Under the pieces are notes generated by a model. It had not been told where the DNA came from. It did no database searches and was given only the letters and a program-made list of their open reading frames with translations. Positions 1 through 13,384 of a stretch of 64,000 nucleotides of DNA are shown here, piece after piece. This stretch comes from Selaginella moellendorffii (taxonomy: Eukaryota > Plantae > Lycopodiophyta), in assembly GCF_000143415.4 (NCBI RefSeq), contig NW_003314333.1:62001-126000 (forward strand), read 5' to 3'. Every line of letters begins with the position of its first letter. Positions within the stretch are counted from its first letter, which is position 1. The position numbers and the translations under genes are program-made.

Positions 1-329
1 CGACAATAGCGTGCTGTGCTTATGCACCAGCCATCTGCAAAATTCAACGTTTAAGCAAGGAAAACAAAAATTCCAGAAAATAGTATAGTCAGGAGGCACG
101 TACCTTGGTAAGTTGGCTTGACTTGAGCCGACGAATTTCTCCCACAGACAGTCTGATGAACACAGAGCGTACCAGTGCTTGCAAACTTGTCTTGATGAAG
201 ATAAGTCTCTCGCCGTCATTGACGTAAAGACACCTCGTCTGGGATAGCGGAGATTGGACTCTGGTTGGAGCTCCCAGTTGCGCCCAGTCGAGTTTGTGCG
301 AGCGTTGCACAGACTCGTCCTTGAGCTTG

Positions 330-1830
330 TTTTCTTCTGGAGTGTGTAAAGAAAGCCACAAGAGTGACCACAGAGCCGGCCGCTTCTGATCCTGGTGAAT
401 TTCAACAAACGAAAATGTGATGCCTGGACTCGGGATCTCTTTCTCAGGAACTCCCCGAGGATCGCATTCCTTACCGCTGCTCGCATCCGACTTTCTCAGC
501 ATCGTCTCCAGGAGTGGAATCTGGTTCACCACTTCCAGCTGTACCGGGCCTTCTTGGAAGCAAGTTAATGTGAAGATTACGTCTGTCGGAAGATGGTCTG
601 TGACTGGCGAGTAGAACTTGTACACAGGCCAACCTGCAGAGACGTAGAACAAAAGAAAGAATACCAGATGAATTCCATCAGCAGCAGTGTTGGTGACCCG
701 GACTCGGTACGTTTTACCTCCATTCCTGCGTAAGGAGTGAACGATTCGAACAGACTTGTCAAGGAACGGCTCCGTTTCTTCACTTCGAGCGTTGGAACCC
801 GTTTCATTAGAGCCGCCGGTGTTCCTGTCTAAGGATATTGACAGGATAAACACTAGTGACAGAGAGAACCATTCAGTAGCATGTACAGAGATTACCTCCC
901 TGGTCGAGGGTAAAACTGTGATATGTGGACCTGTGGGAACGTGTACTCTCGTATTAGTTCCATGATCCTGTCAAAATCCTCTGATGTTTCTCCTGACAAG
1001 GATAAAAGCTCAATAAGATACAATCTTTTTCATGCATGCGAGTGTACCTGGAAATCCACAGATAATATCTGTAGCGATATGAATCTCCGGGACTAGTCTT
1101 GTGAGAGTATCCACAATTTTTCTAAACTCGGAAAACGTGTACTCCCTCTTCATGCCCTGAAGAACACAGAAAACAGCTTACAGAGACAAAACAATCACCC
1201 AGAACATCGGTACCTCCAACACCGAGTCCCTTCCAGATTGAACCAGAACATGAAGGAACGAATACACGCAGGGGTGACAGCCATTTCCTCCAGATGCTGT
1301 AAGATGTAGATTCGGAGCATTGTACTTCTGTCTATGAGGAAGCGCGGCAACTAAAGCACGTAGAAGCGCTGGTATATTTGCTCCAATGTCTCGTCCTGTA
1401 GTGCAAAGAAAGAAAAAAGTAAATAAAAAATGCCAGCTTGAAACAGATAACCATAACCGTAAGCTCCAGTGTCGCCATATCTCCTTCACACCTTCAGACA
1501 CCACGGTTTTCAATCTTTGCACCTGTAGATAAAGCTCAGTAACAGAGAAAAGAAACTGGCGAAGGTCCTTACTAGTGCGTCTACTGTGTAGCTGCCAAGA
1601 TACCCGCAAGCATGCTTCGTCTTGCAGTATGTGCAAGCACCCAAGCAGCCAACGTTGATAGCCATGATCTTGACAAACTTGTTCCTACGAACCTGAAAAC
1701 ACAACAGCAAAAGAGATTATAAACTTTTGGCAAATCAAGAGACGGTAAAGCATCCCGTCGACCCAGCCAGGCCTCGTGGCCTTTCAAAGTCTCCCCTGCT
1801 GTATTTGCTGCACTCCGATGACGCTGACGG
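330..1830 (-). pseudogene. CDKAL1: tRNA-t6A methylthiotransferase (CDKAL1/e-MtaB, radical SAM + TRAM) pseudogene, multi-exon, N-terminus missing
   Basis: Exon fragments read LPSLDLPKV|RRNKFVKIMAINVGCLGACTYCKTKHA (CxxxCxxC), [84 protein letters not shown] and TNTAADGIHL. They are separated by short GT-AG introns. There are frameshifts, small deletions and one inverted segment. Ends are approximate. Confidence 0.88.
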
Positions 1831-2279
1831 CTTCGAGATCTTTTAAACCCTGAGGAACGCATCCAGCTATCCACCAAGGGAATAGAGGCCGCTTTGCCTT
1901 TATGTATCAGTGTTTCCATTGTTGGAGCTTTCACAGTACACCTGTGAATAAAACAGCAGCAACAATTGATCCAGCTTAAGATTCTTCCTTCTGATACTGA
2001 ACTTACGTGTTGATCAACCAAAGATCAGCTCTCTGAGGAGAGTCCGAGATGGCCATAAGCCTGAAGCTGTCCTGCCATATACTCACTGCCGCTCTGAATG
2101 AGTAGTCAACGTTAATTCTTTTCTACGTGAACCTACTCCAGTTTACCTGCCCGAATGCAGGTAAACTCAGTAAAGTCTACACCATTTCACAGATTTAGCT
2201 GAACATACCCCAATGCCAGTTTCAGGTGTTTTCTATCGCTAGAACGCACAATGTCCCATACCTAGGTTAGGGTTCCGCC

Positions 2280-5003
2280 ATGGTGCGAGAGCAGTCTCAT
2301 GGGAAGCGGCCAAGGGTGGATGGGGAAGAATTGGAATCAGATATCAGGGCTGGGAAGCGGCAGGATGCGCCTGAGCGATCGATTGAGCAGCAGATTGAGG
2401 AAGTGGAATCGGAGATCAGGGCCGTGCAACAAGCGATTGAGCAGGTTGAGCAGAAGGTGGAGCGCGCTGACCAGAAGGTGGATTCCACGCAGGGTGAGCT
2501 TCAGAAACACTGGATGGAGGAGAAAAAGCAGCTCCGTGAGCTTCAGAAACACTGGATGGAGGAGAAAAAGCAGCTCCGTGAGAAGGAGAACCAGCTCCGT
2601 GAGAAGGAGAACTGGATGGAGAAGGAGAAGCAGCTCCGTCAGCAGCTCATTCCCTCTAGTGGAGTTGTTTGGTCAAACGCCCGTGATCGGATTGCCAAGC
2701 TGAAGGAGCTCTTTGGACCTCGTCTTAAGCATGCCCGCACGTACAGAAAATGCCTTGAAAGGGATTCATTATCTTCTTTGCCAACTGGCTTGTCTCTGAA
2801 GGACATCGGGCAGCAGTTTCCCATTGTTGGACGAGAGAAGACTGTGGATGCTTTGCTCAGGGGTAACTGGCTGTTGTACAAGCAATTCATGAGCAGTCAA
2901 CACACAAAGTGGGATGTGTTTAGGCGCCTCCACCATATAATGGGTGTGGTTGGATTCCCGGGTGCGGGAAAAACATCCCTTGGCACGGCACTCCCACAAA
3001 TACTCATTGAGATGAGAAGGCAACGGAGTGATCCAGGGCTAAGGATTCAAGAACTTGCCTCGCTTTTCGATACATCAACGGATGAGGTGCGACCGTGGGA
3101 TGCCATGATGAGCACCGTTGAACATCTCGACGTGCTCATGTACCATGATTTTATTTCAACTTTTCATGGCGAGGCCGGGCTGGGTGATGCTCAGGTTTTG
3201 GCCCTGAGGACTTTGCATGCAGCTGTTTCTAGAGCAGATGGCCAAGATGACATCAGAAAAGATACTGGGACTTGGACGCGCTTTCCTTACCAAGAGCTTG
3301 TCGCTGTTGTTGATGCCGAAGCACCTGATTTGAAGAAGTTCCTCCTGTTTGATGACGTGATAGCTTTGTTGCGAGAAGTCTGCGAGCTCGGAGACCAAAA
3401 CATTTTCCTGTCGTTCTTCTTTGATGAGATTGGGAGGAGCAACGTCCTTGTTCAGAAACTGTTTCGGCAGTTCATAGTTTGGAAGCACAGGAACGTGGGT
3501 GGCAAAACGTTTGTCACTATGCTCGGAGCGACCAACATTTTCACAGCGGCATCTTTGAGAGAGAGCGGTGACACTGGATCATCTGAAGTGATTTATATTC
3601 CTGTCAACCCTCTCAGCAGCAGCGATCGGGAGAAGCTGGTGTTGCAAGTCTTTAACAAGGTGCTGAGGACTTCAAACCGTGAGGAACTTCACGCTTTAAA
3701 TGATGGCATGCAGCTGTTGTGCAAGCTGAGCGGAGGGAATCCGAGGTTGATTACCTTCATGGTTCAGGCTTTGGCTTCAGATGACCCAGACATGGCCCTT
3801 GACATTGACAACCTTGCGCTGAGAATTCAGGAGCCCTTCCTGAGAGACAAAGTAAGGCGGATTCTGGATCGTGTGTGGAGCCTATGCACAAGATTCAAGT
3901 ATTACAATGGCTTTGCCGGGGATGAGAGATTTCCTTATCTCTTACGAGCAATTCAAGCATCGATGCTTCGTGAGCATGTCTCAAGGAATGGACTGGTTCT
4001 GCTGCAGGCCTTTCCAAGAGAGAATGTTTTGACATGGGAAGCTCTGGAGAGTTGTGGAGTAGTGGCTGTGGTGGACGTTCCCAATCTTCGCGAAGAAAAG
4101 GCTCTGGTGGAGTTTTCACCTGTGTTACTGCATAAGCTAACACTCCAGCGGGAGGACCTTTTTGGCTCTACAACTTTTGATTTGACAACAATGTCAACGG
4201 ATGATTGGAAGCAGAAGGAAGACAACGATTTTTTGTCTCTGATCTTCAGCATCTACATTCATAAGGTATGTGAATTCTACGTTCATAGTCTTTCATAGTC
4301 TCGGTTATTAACATGTTATTTGCAGTTACTATCGGGGGATTCAGACACCTTCATGCTGGCGGATGTGTTGCCTTGCGATTGGTACATCCCTGACAATCTG
4401 AAGAACCGAAAGTTCAGGTTCCCCACTTTTCCAGTTTCAATCAAGCAACTGAGTCCAGGTATGTTGTTGTTTTTAGTTTTTTAGTTTCGGATCAAACACA
4501 GTAGTCCAGGCTCAAAAAAGGAGGTTCAAAGGTCAGGGACTTGGGCCATCTGTGGACCTCGGAACAGCGGGGCTGATACCTTCCTGATACTCAAGGAAGT
4601 AAAAGGCATGGATTTGGAGCCTTTTCTTTTGTACATCCAAAGCAAGTGCTTTGGAGACCCTCTTAAGCCAGCCATTGCGGATTGGTCGGAAGTCGTTCGA
4701 AATCTTAAGAGTGACGTCCGAAGACTGATTGCTATCAAGGACAATGAGCAGCCTGGCGATGAAAGTAAGTCCATACGTTATACATTTTTCGTTTATTTTT
4801 AACTTTTGTTTTTTGTAGAGTATGCTCGAACGAACTTTGGATACGTATTTTTCTCAGACAAGGACAATTCATCAGCGCTCTCATATCAAAAGTCTAATCC
4901 GATGGATATATACGCCTCGAGTGTTATTATCGGCTCCAATTTTGGTATGATCGAGCAGATTGCAGCTGTAAGGCATACCAAAAAGCGTCCGAGAAAGATG
5001 TGA
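2280..5003 (+). CDS. Crinkler/CR-type protein: N-terminal coiled coil + STAND-like P-loop NTPase + C-terminal PD-(D/E)xK nuclease-like domain (~852 aa, 4 exons)
   Basis: Exons 2280-4265, 4326-4458, 4510-4764 and 4819-5003 join in frame across 51-60 bp GT-AG introns. Motifs: Walker A GFPGAGKTS, Walker B LSFFFDE, GxP-like motif SGGNPRL, and NSGADTF...LYIQSK nuclease signature. Confidence 0.78.
2494..2640 (+). repeat. In-frame 42-bp tandem duplication and derived sub-repeats encoding (ELQKHWMEEKKQLR)2-EKENQLR-EKENWMEKEKQLR
   Basis: gtgagcttcagaaacactggatggaggagaaaaagcagctcc occurs twice exactly, followed by shorter variants. Confidence 0.9.
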
Positions 5004-5531
5004 TCACCAGTATTTAGTGGTAAAGGAGGCTTTCCAGGTGCGATTCAGCTAGACTTTGATACAAAGCGAGTCTTACGATTCTGGTTTTCCTTTGGTAGGT
5101 GACTGGATTCTCTATCGGTGACAGTAAGGTGTTGACGACGTTGAGCGCACAACAATCCATATTTAAGTTTATTTAAGAAATTTAGTTTAAAAAGTCATAA
5201 TTATTATTATTTCAGTTATTTTAAATTCATGTATAGTTATATATAGTAAATCCATATATTCAGAGACTACCTCATGTATTTAGCCTGAGCTTAGGTGTCT
5301 CTCTTAAAACGTTTCGTTCAAGCAGCCATGTAAGTACTTCATTTGATTCCACGGATGTAACAAAGTTTCCCTTTTGAGTGTTGAATTTTTGTCAATAAAC
5401 TTATGTATTATTATTTAATTATATGATCACTTTACCCCGGGTTCGAACCAGTGTGTGAACACTGTCAATACTGTTAAGATACAGAGCAAGGTTGAAAAAC
5501 TACAATGTCGTTCCTGCTCCATGCAAAACAG

Positions 5532-6124
5532 TCAAGAGCGACTCTCCTCCTCCAGCTTCGCAACATACGCCTTGAGCGTGAGCAGCAGATTCGTGGCCGG
5601 AGCCTGAAGCACCCCCACCACTCTAGCCGACGGCGCCTTGAGAGCTCGGCATCGTCTCCAGCTGGTTGAACGGTGCGTAAAACTTCCCCTCAAACACAGC
5701 TCCCGTGAAGTCACTGTCCAGCTTCAGCTCCTTCTGAAACGCTCTGTAAGGCTTGAGCGCCGCCGGGATCTCCTCCGTGTGCACAAACAGCCACGCGTTC
5801 ATCCCTTTGAGACAAGGCTTGAGAGCCTCCCACTTGGTGCCTTCAATCGCCTTACCCACCAGTGTGTTCTTGGCCACCATCAGCTTCGTCTTCTCCGGCA
5901 GGCTCCGACGCAGGTTCTGCATCTGCTGCACCGTCACCCCGCAACCAGGTAGCAATCCTCCAGCTGCTGCTTCACCTTCTCCACAGTCTCCTCCTTCTGC
6001 CTGCTTATCGCCATCCGAATCTGGGGCCTCCCCCGCCGGCTGCACCCCTCGCTGTACTCACCGAGCTCCACAGCTCACCTGTCGATGAACAAGGCGCCCC
6101 AAAACCTAGCGCAACCATGCCCAT
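5532..6124 (-). pseudogene. RPL10: Plastid-type 50S ribosomal protein L10 (uL10) pseudogene
   Basis: IRMAISRQKEETVEKVKQQLEDCYLVAG, VAKNTLVGKAIEGTKWEALKPCLKGMNAWLFVHTEEIP and LKAPSARVVGVLQAPA lie in different frames because of small deletions. A transit-peptide-like N-terminus is present. Confidence 0.88.
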
Positions 6125-6569
6125 TCTGCTCAATCTAGGCCCCTGCTACAAAATCCAGAGATTGGAAACGAAAGACAATCAGAGATAAGACTTCATGCTT
6201 TGCTTTTGAGCCTAGCAGAGGCAGTGCAAAGGATCTTCAGTTTACAATGCTATCCCTCTTGTGTGGGGGGCTTTAAATAAGTCTCAGCCCTCTCATGTGC
6301 ACACAAATAGAGCAATGACAGTCCAGGAAATTGAAGGCTATTTTCGTAAAAGTGAGACGATTAGTAGTCTCATATTTTAATAATTATAATTAGCTGTCTA
6401 ATATTGTCACAAAAGAATTACCAATTACTAATCATTTACTAATTATGATTAACAATAACTTTACTCTTAATAATAATATTACACAAGTGAAAAACACTTT
6501 CCATTTCAAAATGTTTTTAACAAAACTACATGTTTATTGTTAACGCTAGAATCTAATTGAGAAGTTGCT

Positions 6570-7253
6570 CCCCACGCAAGCGGGAGCTAGACTATGCCTC
6601 AGGTTGGTCGGCCATGCCCGACCTACCCACTATCCCTACTATACATTTGGAACCCCCCATAGCCCCCCCCCCCCTTGAAGAACACACGCTTTGGGCTTTC
6701 ACCCCAAGCCTCCCTTAGTATCAAGAGTTAGTCTCTGGGACAAGCTTGAAACTTACTAAATATAGAATGTCCCTAGATTGTGAATTTGGACACGGGACGA
6801 ACACCATTGTGTTCAGGCCGATCTCTACATTCCGTAGATATGCCAAATGAGCAAATTTGGACACTTTCCATAAATAGCATTTGGGACCGAAATGAGACTA
6901 ACACAAAGGGCATGATAGCGAGGGTGTTTGGCAGACATGGTAAGCTATCATGTAGCAATATTGAGGGACTAATCTCAATATGCGAGGGTTCTTGTCACTA
7001 GCCAGTGCAAGACAAAACGAGATGGGAACTCCTTACCGGGCTAAGTATGCTTAGCTAATAACACGTAGGAATTCCGTCCTTATGCTCGTCCGGTCTAAGT
7101 ACACTCGAAATGCCCAGTTAACTCCACTAGCACAAAAAGGATTGATAAAGGGTCCAGCAATACCGACCTCCTGCCATCATGGCAGTAAGGTAAGAGTGTC
7201 CGTAAGGACTAGTCGACAGGTAACTTTCGATACCCGAAGTCACATGCGCGACA
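6570..7253 (-). repeat. Partial LTR related to the LTR at 33531-34631 (family C), reverse orientation
   Basis: Reverse complement aligns with 33531-34150 and 29735-30009. It ends in ...gcgcgaca, the TG start on the minus strand. Left boundary is approximate. Confidence 0.75.
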
Positions 7254-7479
7254 TGTAACCGGCTGATATGTCAGTGGTACCTTGGGGTGTTGGTCATGGG
7301 ATCGGACACATGGAGCACTTGGACCAAGTGCAAAGGTTGAGTGGCATGGATGCCATTCTTGGGGTTAGCAAGCCCTAAGTCCTAAATTGGACTTATGGAG
7401 GTTGTGAATGAGACTCCTCCAAGTGGTCAGAGATGTGGTTAAGTGACTAAAGTAGAATGGAAAAATTAGTCACTTATAG

Positions 7480-9533
7480 CTATGCCACCTCTTGAGGTTC
7501 CTCACCACCCAACCACCCCCGAGCTACCTCAAAAGCTCCACTATGCTGCCGCTCCACTGTGAGCCCTAGGGTAGGTTAAGCCCCTTACCTTAACATGCCT
7601 TAATATACCCTTGAGCCTCCCTTTGACCGATGTTGACCATATGGTCAAATCTGGCACCTAACAATTCTTCCCCCCAACAAAGTCCTTATCCGAACAATGA
7701 GTTGTACCGGTGATCACCCTTTGTAGGGAACTGTGCTCAAGTTCTTGGTCCATCTTCCACAGCCATATACATCAAGGAAGCATTGGGCCCATCACTCCAA
7801 GATAATACACCTTTCAACTGGCTAACATAAAATACCGAATGAATTTTCACCCCAGCTGGCAACCGCACTCGATAAACCGCTTTACCAATGCACTCCAGCA
7901 CTTCATATGGACCAGTATATCAATGGGAAAGTTTATCACTCTTCCCTGTCCGTAAAGGCACCAAGGTGTTCTGCCACTCACTTGACGGAAAGATCACTCG
8001 TATGAACACGAGATCACCCACCTTATATTCCTGGAATTGGCGATGCTCATTGGCAAACTTCTCTGCTCTATCTTGAGCTGCTTGCAAATTTCGTTTGCAC
8101 ACCACCAGAATCTCATCAAGTTCTTTGGCCATATCAGTCGCCTTGAAATCAAGCTTATCTTGAACGTCCTTACTCAAATGCAGTCCCAACTCCATTCTGT
8201 TCAGGGATGCCTTCCAAACATGGCAAGGTAAGGACTTAGCTTGGTTCCACTATGTTGGTTATTGTTATAAGCAAATTGCACCAACAAAAGATATAGATCC
8301 TATTGTCCTTGCCTTTGATCAATGCTATAACATAGTATATCCTCCACCACTTGATTCACACGCTTGGTTTGCCCATCTGTTTGACAATGATCTCCACTCC
8401 AAAGTTTCAAAATCACTTGCATAGCCTTTGCAAAGCTCTTCCAAAATCCACTGGTGAACTTTGAATCTCGATAATTAATAATGTCCTCCGGCAAACCAAA
8501 ATCATTAAAAACCTTCTCCAAGTAAACTATAGCCAAGTCTGTGTTTACCAAGATTGATCTGAGGAGTGGATATCATCAGATTGCAATGGATGATGCATCT
8601 ATCTCCAAGACGGCATTCAACACAAGCTTTGGACATTTTGAGTTTACAGTTATGCCATTTGGTTTGACAATGCACCAGCCACATTTACTCGGTTGATGAT
8701 GGAGGTATTTAGGCATTATCTTCATGAGTTTGTGAAGATTTTCTTGAATGATATTCTTGTTTTCAACAAGAATATGGAGGAGCATAAGGTGCATTTGAGT
8801 AAGGACGTTCAAGATAAGCTTGATTCTGAGGCAATTGAATCTGATCTAGCCACTAAACTTGATGAGATTCTGGTGGTGTGCAAACGGAATTTGCAAGCAG
8901 CTCAGGATAGAGTGGAGAAGTTTGCTAATGAGCATTGCCAATTCCGGGAATATAAGGTGGGTAATCTCGTCTTTGTGCGAGTGATCTTTCTATCAAGTGA
9001 GCGGCGGAACACCTTGGTGCCTTTACAGACAGGGAAGAGTGATAAACTTTCCCATCGATATGCTAGTCCATATGAACTGCTGAAGCGCATTGGTAAAGTG
9101 GCTTATTGGGTGCGGCTACCAGCTGGGTATTTTATGTCAGCCAGTTGAAAGGTGTACTATCTTGGAGTGACAGGCCCAATGCCTTCTTGATGTATACGGC
9201 TGTGGAAGATGGACCAAGAGCTTGAGCAAGGTTCCCCAAAAAGGGTGATCACTGGTACAACTCATCCTTGGGACAAGGACTTTGTTGGGGGGGCAGAATT
9301 GTTAAGCACCAGCTTTGACCATGTGGTCAACGTTAGTCAAAGGGAGGCTCAAGGGTATATTAAGGCATGTTAAGGTAAGGGACTTAACCCTACCCTAGGG
9401 CTCACAGTGGAGTGACAGTGCAATGGAGCTTTTGAGGTAGCTCAGGGGTGGTTGGGTGGTGAGGAACCTCAAGAGGTGGTGTAGCATAGTCTAGGGCAAC
9501 TAGATCTCTGTATTTTTGCGTCGGATCATAATA
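7480..9533. mobile_element. Rearranged Ty3/gypsy family A fragments: LTR + integrase (minus), RT fragment (plus), integrase C-terminus + PPT + LTR (plus)
   Basis: 7480-8180 and 8790-9490 are inverted copies of each other. RT motifs [22 protein letters not shown] lie at ~8540-8790. LTR 9300-9533 matches 13155-13384. Confidence 0.85.
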
Positions 9534-9889
9534 TTTTTTCTTCACTTTTCACTTTGTTTTTTCTTTGGTTTTCTTCTCCATCTCATGTTTCCTTCTTTTG
9601 TGCATTTGGTGTGGCACTTTATTACGACTTTTATAGCTTGGTCATGGATTCTCTTTGTGCTGGACTCCACTTGATCCCTTGGTTGCCTGTTGGGTTGTAG
9701 AGCATACTAAGAATATTTTGATTCCAAGAATATTCCCCTTGTATAAAAGCCCCACGAGTGAGGGCATTTAGGGAAATTTTAAAGAGCTTGAGTTTGTGAT
9801 GGAGGCATAGAAAATTTTAGTTAGAGAAATTAGGAGATAACTCAATACATCCATTTTAGATCCTTAAGATCTAACTAAAATAAGCTCAA

Positions 9890-10060
9890 AAGTTGTCCTT
9901 TGATAACAATTATACTCATATGCAATAGGATGATCATGTTGCATAAGAACACCACCCACAGCATAGCCACTTGCATCCATAACCATTGTATATGGTTTGC
10001 TTGGATTCGTAATACATAAAACCAAAGCGTTAGCCAAAGCATATTTCAAAGATAAAAGTT
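9890..10060 (-). pseudogene. Ty3/gypsy RNase H fragment
   Basis: PSKPYTMVMDASGYAVGGVLMQHDHPIAYE. Confidence 0.75.
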
Positions 10061-10699
10061 GTGTTCTTGCAAGGGAATGGTCTAAAGTTGAGTTAAGCTT
10101 ATGAGTTGAGCTCAACTCAGCTCAAGTAATTGCTAATTAATGTAGTAAACCATTAGTTATATAGAGAAATTCTATGTTAGAAAAATATTATTCCTTGGCA
10201 AACTTGAATTTCAAGAATTTGATTGTTAATGATTTAGAGAAATTTATATTTTCTGATACTTTATAGAATTTTCCATGGCATTTGTAATCCACTTAAATAT
10301 TATAAATGCATCTTGAATGGAAAGTGGCATCACTTTCCTTCAGCCCTTATTTGCAGCCAATTGCTCTTTGCTATGCCCTACTCATGATCCCCTCAACAAA
10401 CCATAGTCATCCCCTCCCCAAAAAATAGCAATGCCACTCACACTAGAAGCTCCAGTGTGAAAGAATCTCCATGTTGGGCACCTTTCCGAACCTAATCTTC
10501 CAATTTGGTCACTTTTGTATTGCAGCTGTTGGGGAGTGAAGGATCCCCAACCATGCCTAGATGCTCAGCTCTTTGCTCATGCTCTAGGTGCATCTCCAAA
10601 AACTCCATCTCTTTGCCACCCCTCCCCTGTGACCTATACAACGTGCTAGAATATTTTAGGAATTGGAATATTCTCTGGATCTCTTACTCTTTCTCTACC

Positions 10700-13154
10700 C
10701 ATCCGAACAGGTGACCACATTGGATAGAGCATACCTCTCGTGCAAAGAGAACCTTTTAACCTTCAAATGTCTGATGCAATGTTTATGTTGGGGAACTGTA
10801 AAAACTAGAGAAACCAAAACAAAAAAAATAAAATAAACAAAGGAATAGAAAGAGTGATAGAGTTTAAAGTCACAAGGAAAACCACATCACACCTTTCACA
10901 TCATTTTTCTTTGGTTTTCTCTTTTTTTCTTTCTGGACTTGGATTCAGTTTGCACTTACAATTTTCCCCCTCAAGAAAAAAGATGCCATACTTGAGTTGG
11001 GTGAGGTGGTGCTGCAGGGGATCAGGAGATGTGTTGTAGTGGAGAATGATCAGTGGGAAGAGAAACATAGTGAAGAGAATGGAAACCAAAGCTGGAGGAA
11101 GAAGCATTCACCTGGATCACAACTTCATGGGTTCTCAAGCCTCCAGAAAGTTCCTCAAATCACCCAAGATTGCAATGGAAGGATGAGGAGATGTGTGCCC
11201 AGGATGTGTGTGAAAAAGAGGTGTGAATGGTGGTGAAAGGTTGTGGAAGGGACTGTGGATGTCAAGACTAGTAGCTGTGGTGTTGTAGTGCCTTGTGCTT
11301 GCGAACTGTTGTTGTAATTGGTGGCGAAGCTTTATCACTCCTTTTTGGTGCTGAAGAATGAGGTGGCAGGTGCACCATCCATCCACCATGTCTGGGATTT
11401 TCTGTGTGTGCATCAGGTTCAACCGGCTGGGAGACATTAGCTTCTGGAGTCGAGATTTATGGTGTTTGTTCATTTTTGCTATCCACTTTGTAACTTGACT
11501 TTGGCATATTCAAACTTGTTGAAACTTTGCTAGTTGATCTGTCCCAATAGAGTGATGGTAAAAAGTCCTAATAAGACTATATCATGCATGGCAAGATATG
11601 GATGAAAATGTGACCAGGAAAATATAGTGAAAGATAGACAATAGTGTAAGAAGTGATTGTGACTGTGAAATATGGTTGTGAGTGGATCAGAGTGGTGAGA
11701 GTAAGAATTCAGAGAATGTGATGTGGAGTAGGAAGGATATAAGAGTGATGCATAGCTTGGTAAACCTTGAGCTCTCGGACAAACGAGATTAATGCCACCC
11801 TGAGAACTAGGATCCAAGATAGAAACTCCTTCACAATGGCCACAGTCCTGGAAATGACAAAGAAAAGTGAAAGAATGGAAAAGAAAGAAAATAAAAGAAA
11901 ATAAAAGAAAAAGAAAAGAGCCACTACATGAAGTGTTTGAGGAAGTGGTGGTGAGACCAGCCTTTGCTGGAAGACACCATGGTGTAGCATGATCCTGGTG
12001 GATGAAGCGCATCCTGAAGCAGGCCAAAGGTTTCTTGAAGGCTGGTCAAGCTGTCCTCCAACTCATGGTGTCTCACGAGAGCGAGGGTGACAACCACATC
12101 TCCATGAAACACTGGTGTGTGGTGAAAGGCTAAGAGCTCTAGAGCGGTGAAGTGGACTAGCTCCCAAGTGTTGGACTTCTCTTGAGTTGATGCAGGGATC
12201 TGGCAGTTGAGTGAAATGGTGCTGTCCACTAAGGATGTGGTGGCAAGTGTTGGAAGTCACAACCTGGATAATGTTCTATGGTGGTAAAGAGCTCATGTGC
12301 TGTCCCTGAGCTAAGGAAAGTTGTGGACCAAATTGAGCTGCTACTAGAAATTTCTCTATGTGGGAAAGGTGGAGGTCAAGCTTTTGTTGTCCATGAACAC
12401 TGTTTGGTTGGTGTGTATTGGTGAACAGCTTTCTTCCAAGAGGTATGAGAGAGTCATGCACCAGAGTATGAGGAGGGACTACTGTCGAAGGTGTCACTTC
12501 TGTGTTGCCTGTTGCACTCACAAGGTTATACATGTGCCTCAGAGGTTGTTCTGTAAATGAAAGGTGAGCACAACATCACAAATAGGCTGGTGGATACAAG
12601 CTCCAAAGGATGTTGAAAGGTTGCAAGCTGTGTTCTCTATCTCCTCTAATGACATAATGGCCAGTAATTCTTGTTCATATGTGGGACTCAAGGATCCATC
12701 TGGTGGCTATGGATGCAGCTCCAAGAGCTTGTTGGTGTCCTCCAAAAGCGCAATCATGCGAGGTTGAGTATGAATGATGGCTGGAGATTGTGAATCCAGC
12801 TTTGTCTCAATTGGAGTCTCCATCAAGGTGTGAACTATAACTGTGATGGTCATGTTCCTAGAAGATGTCAGTGAGAATGCTTTGCTCTGTGGATCATCTG
12901 TTGGTGCCTAGAGAGACTGTGTGCTCTTCTCCTGCTCGGCTGTTACCTTTGTGTTGATGGTGTCATCTGGAACAACATTTTATTCTATAGACTGGGACAC
13001 CAGTGACCCTACAATCTTCTCCAAGTCATAGAGAGTTGAATGTTGGATGGTGCTCCACTCAAAATTCAACAAGTCAACCATGTTGGAACTGATAAACTCA
13101 ACTTCCAAAGGTTTATCATCTGAAATGAGTTTGGGGAAAGAATTGGGAGCTCAG
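10700..13154 (-). mobile_element. Highly decayed retroelement-like sequence, host of the family A insertion
   Basis: Broken short ORFs with weak pol-like peptides. It is interrupted at the CTCAG TSD and continues after 16027. No reliable domain call. Confidence 0.35.
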
Positions 13155-13384
13155 TGTTATGATTCGGCGCAAAAAGACAAAGATCTAGTTGCCCTAGACT
13201 ATGCTACGCCTCTTGAGGTTCCTCACCACCCAACCACCCCCAAGCTACCTCAAAAGCTCCACTGCACCGCCGCTCCACTGTGAGCCCTAGGGTAGGTTAA
13301 GTCCCTTACCCTAACATGTCTTAATATACCCTTGAGCCTCCCTTTGACCAATGTTGACCATGTAGTCAAAGCTGGTGCCTAACA
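13155..13384 (-). repeat. 3' LTR of family A element
   Basis: tgttatgatt...gcctaaca, followed by the PPT complement ttcttccccccc. Confidence 0.9.

Noticed and set aside
89-853. 254-aa ORF as a real gene
   Set aside because: It is a read-through of CDKAL1 pseudogene exons, introns and an inverted segment in mixed frames.
5433-5450. tRNA/SINE (GGTTCGAACC B-box)
   Set aside because: No A-box or cloverleaf could be built around it.
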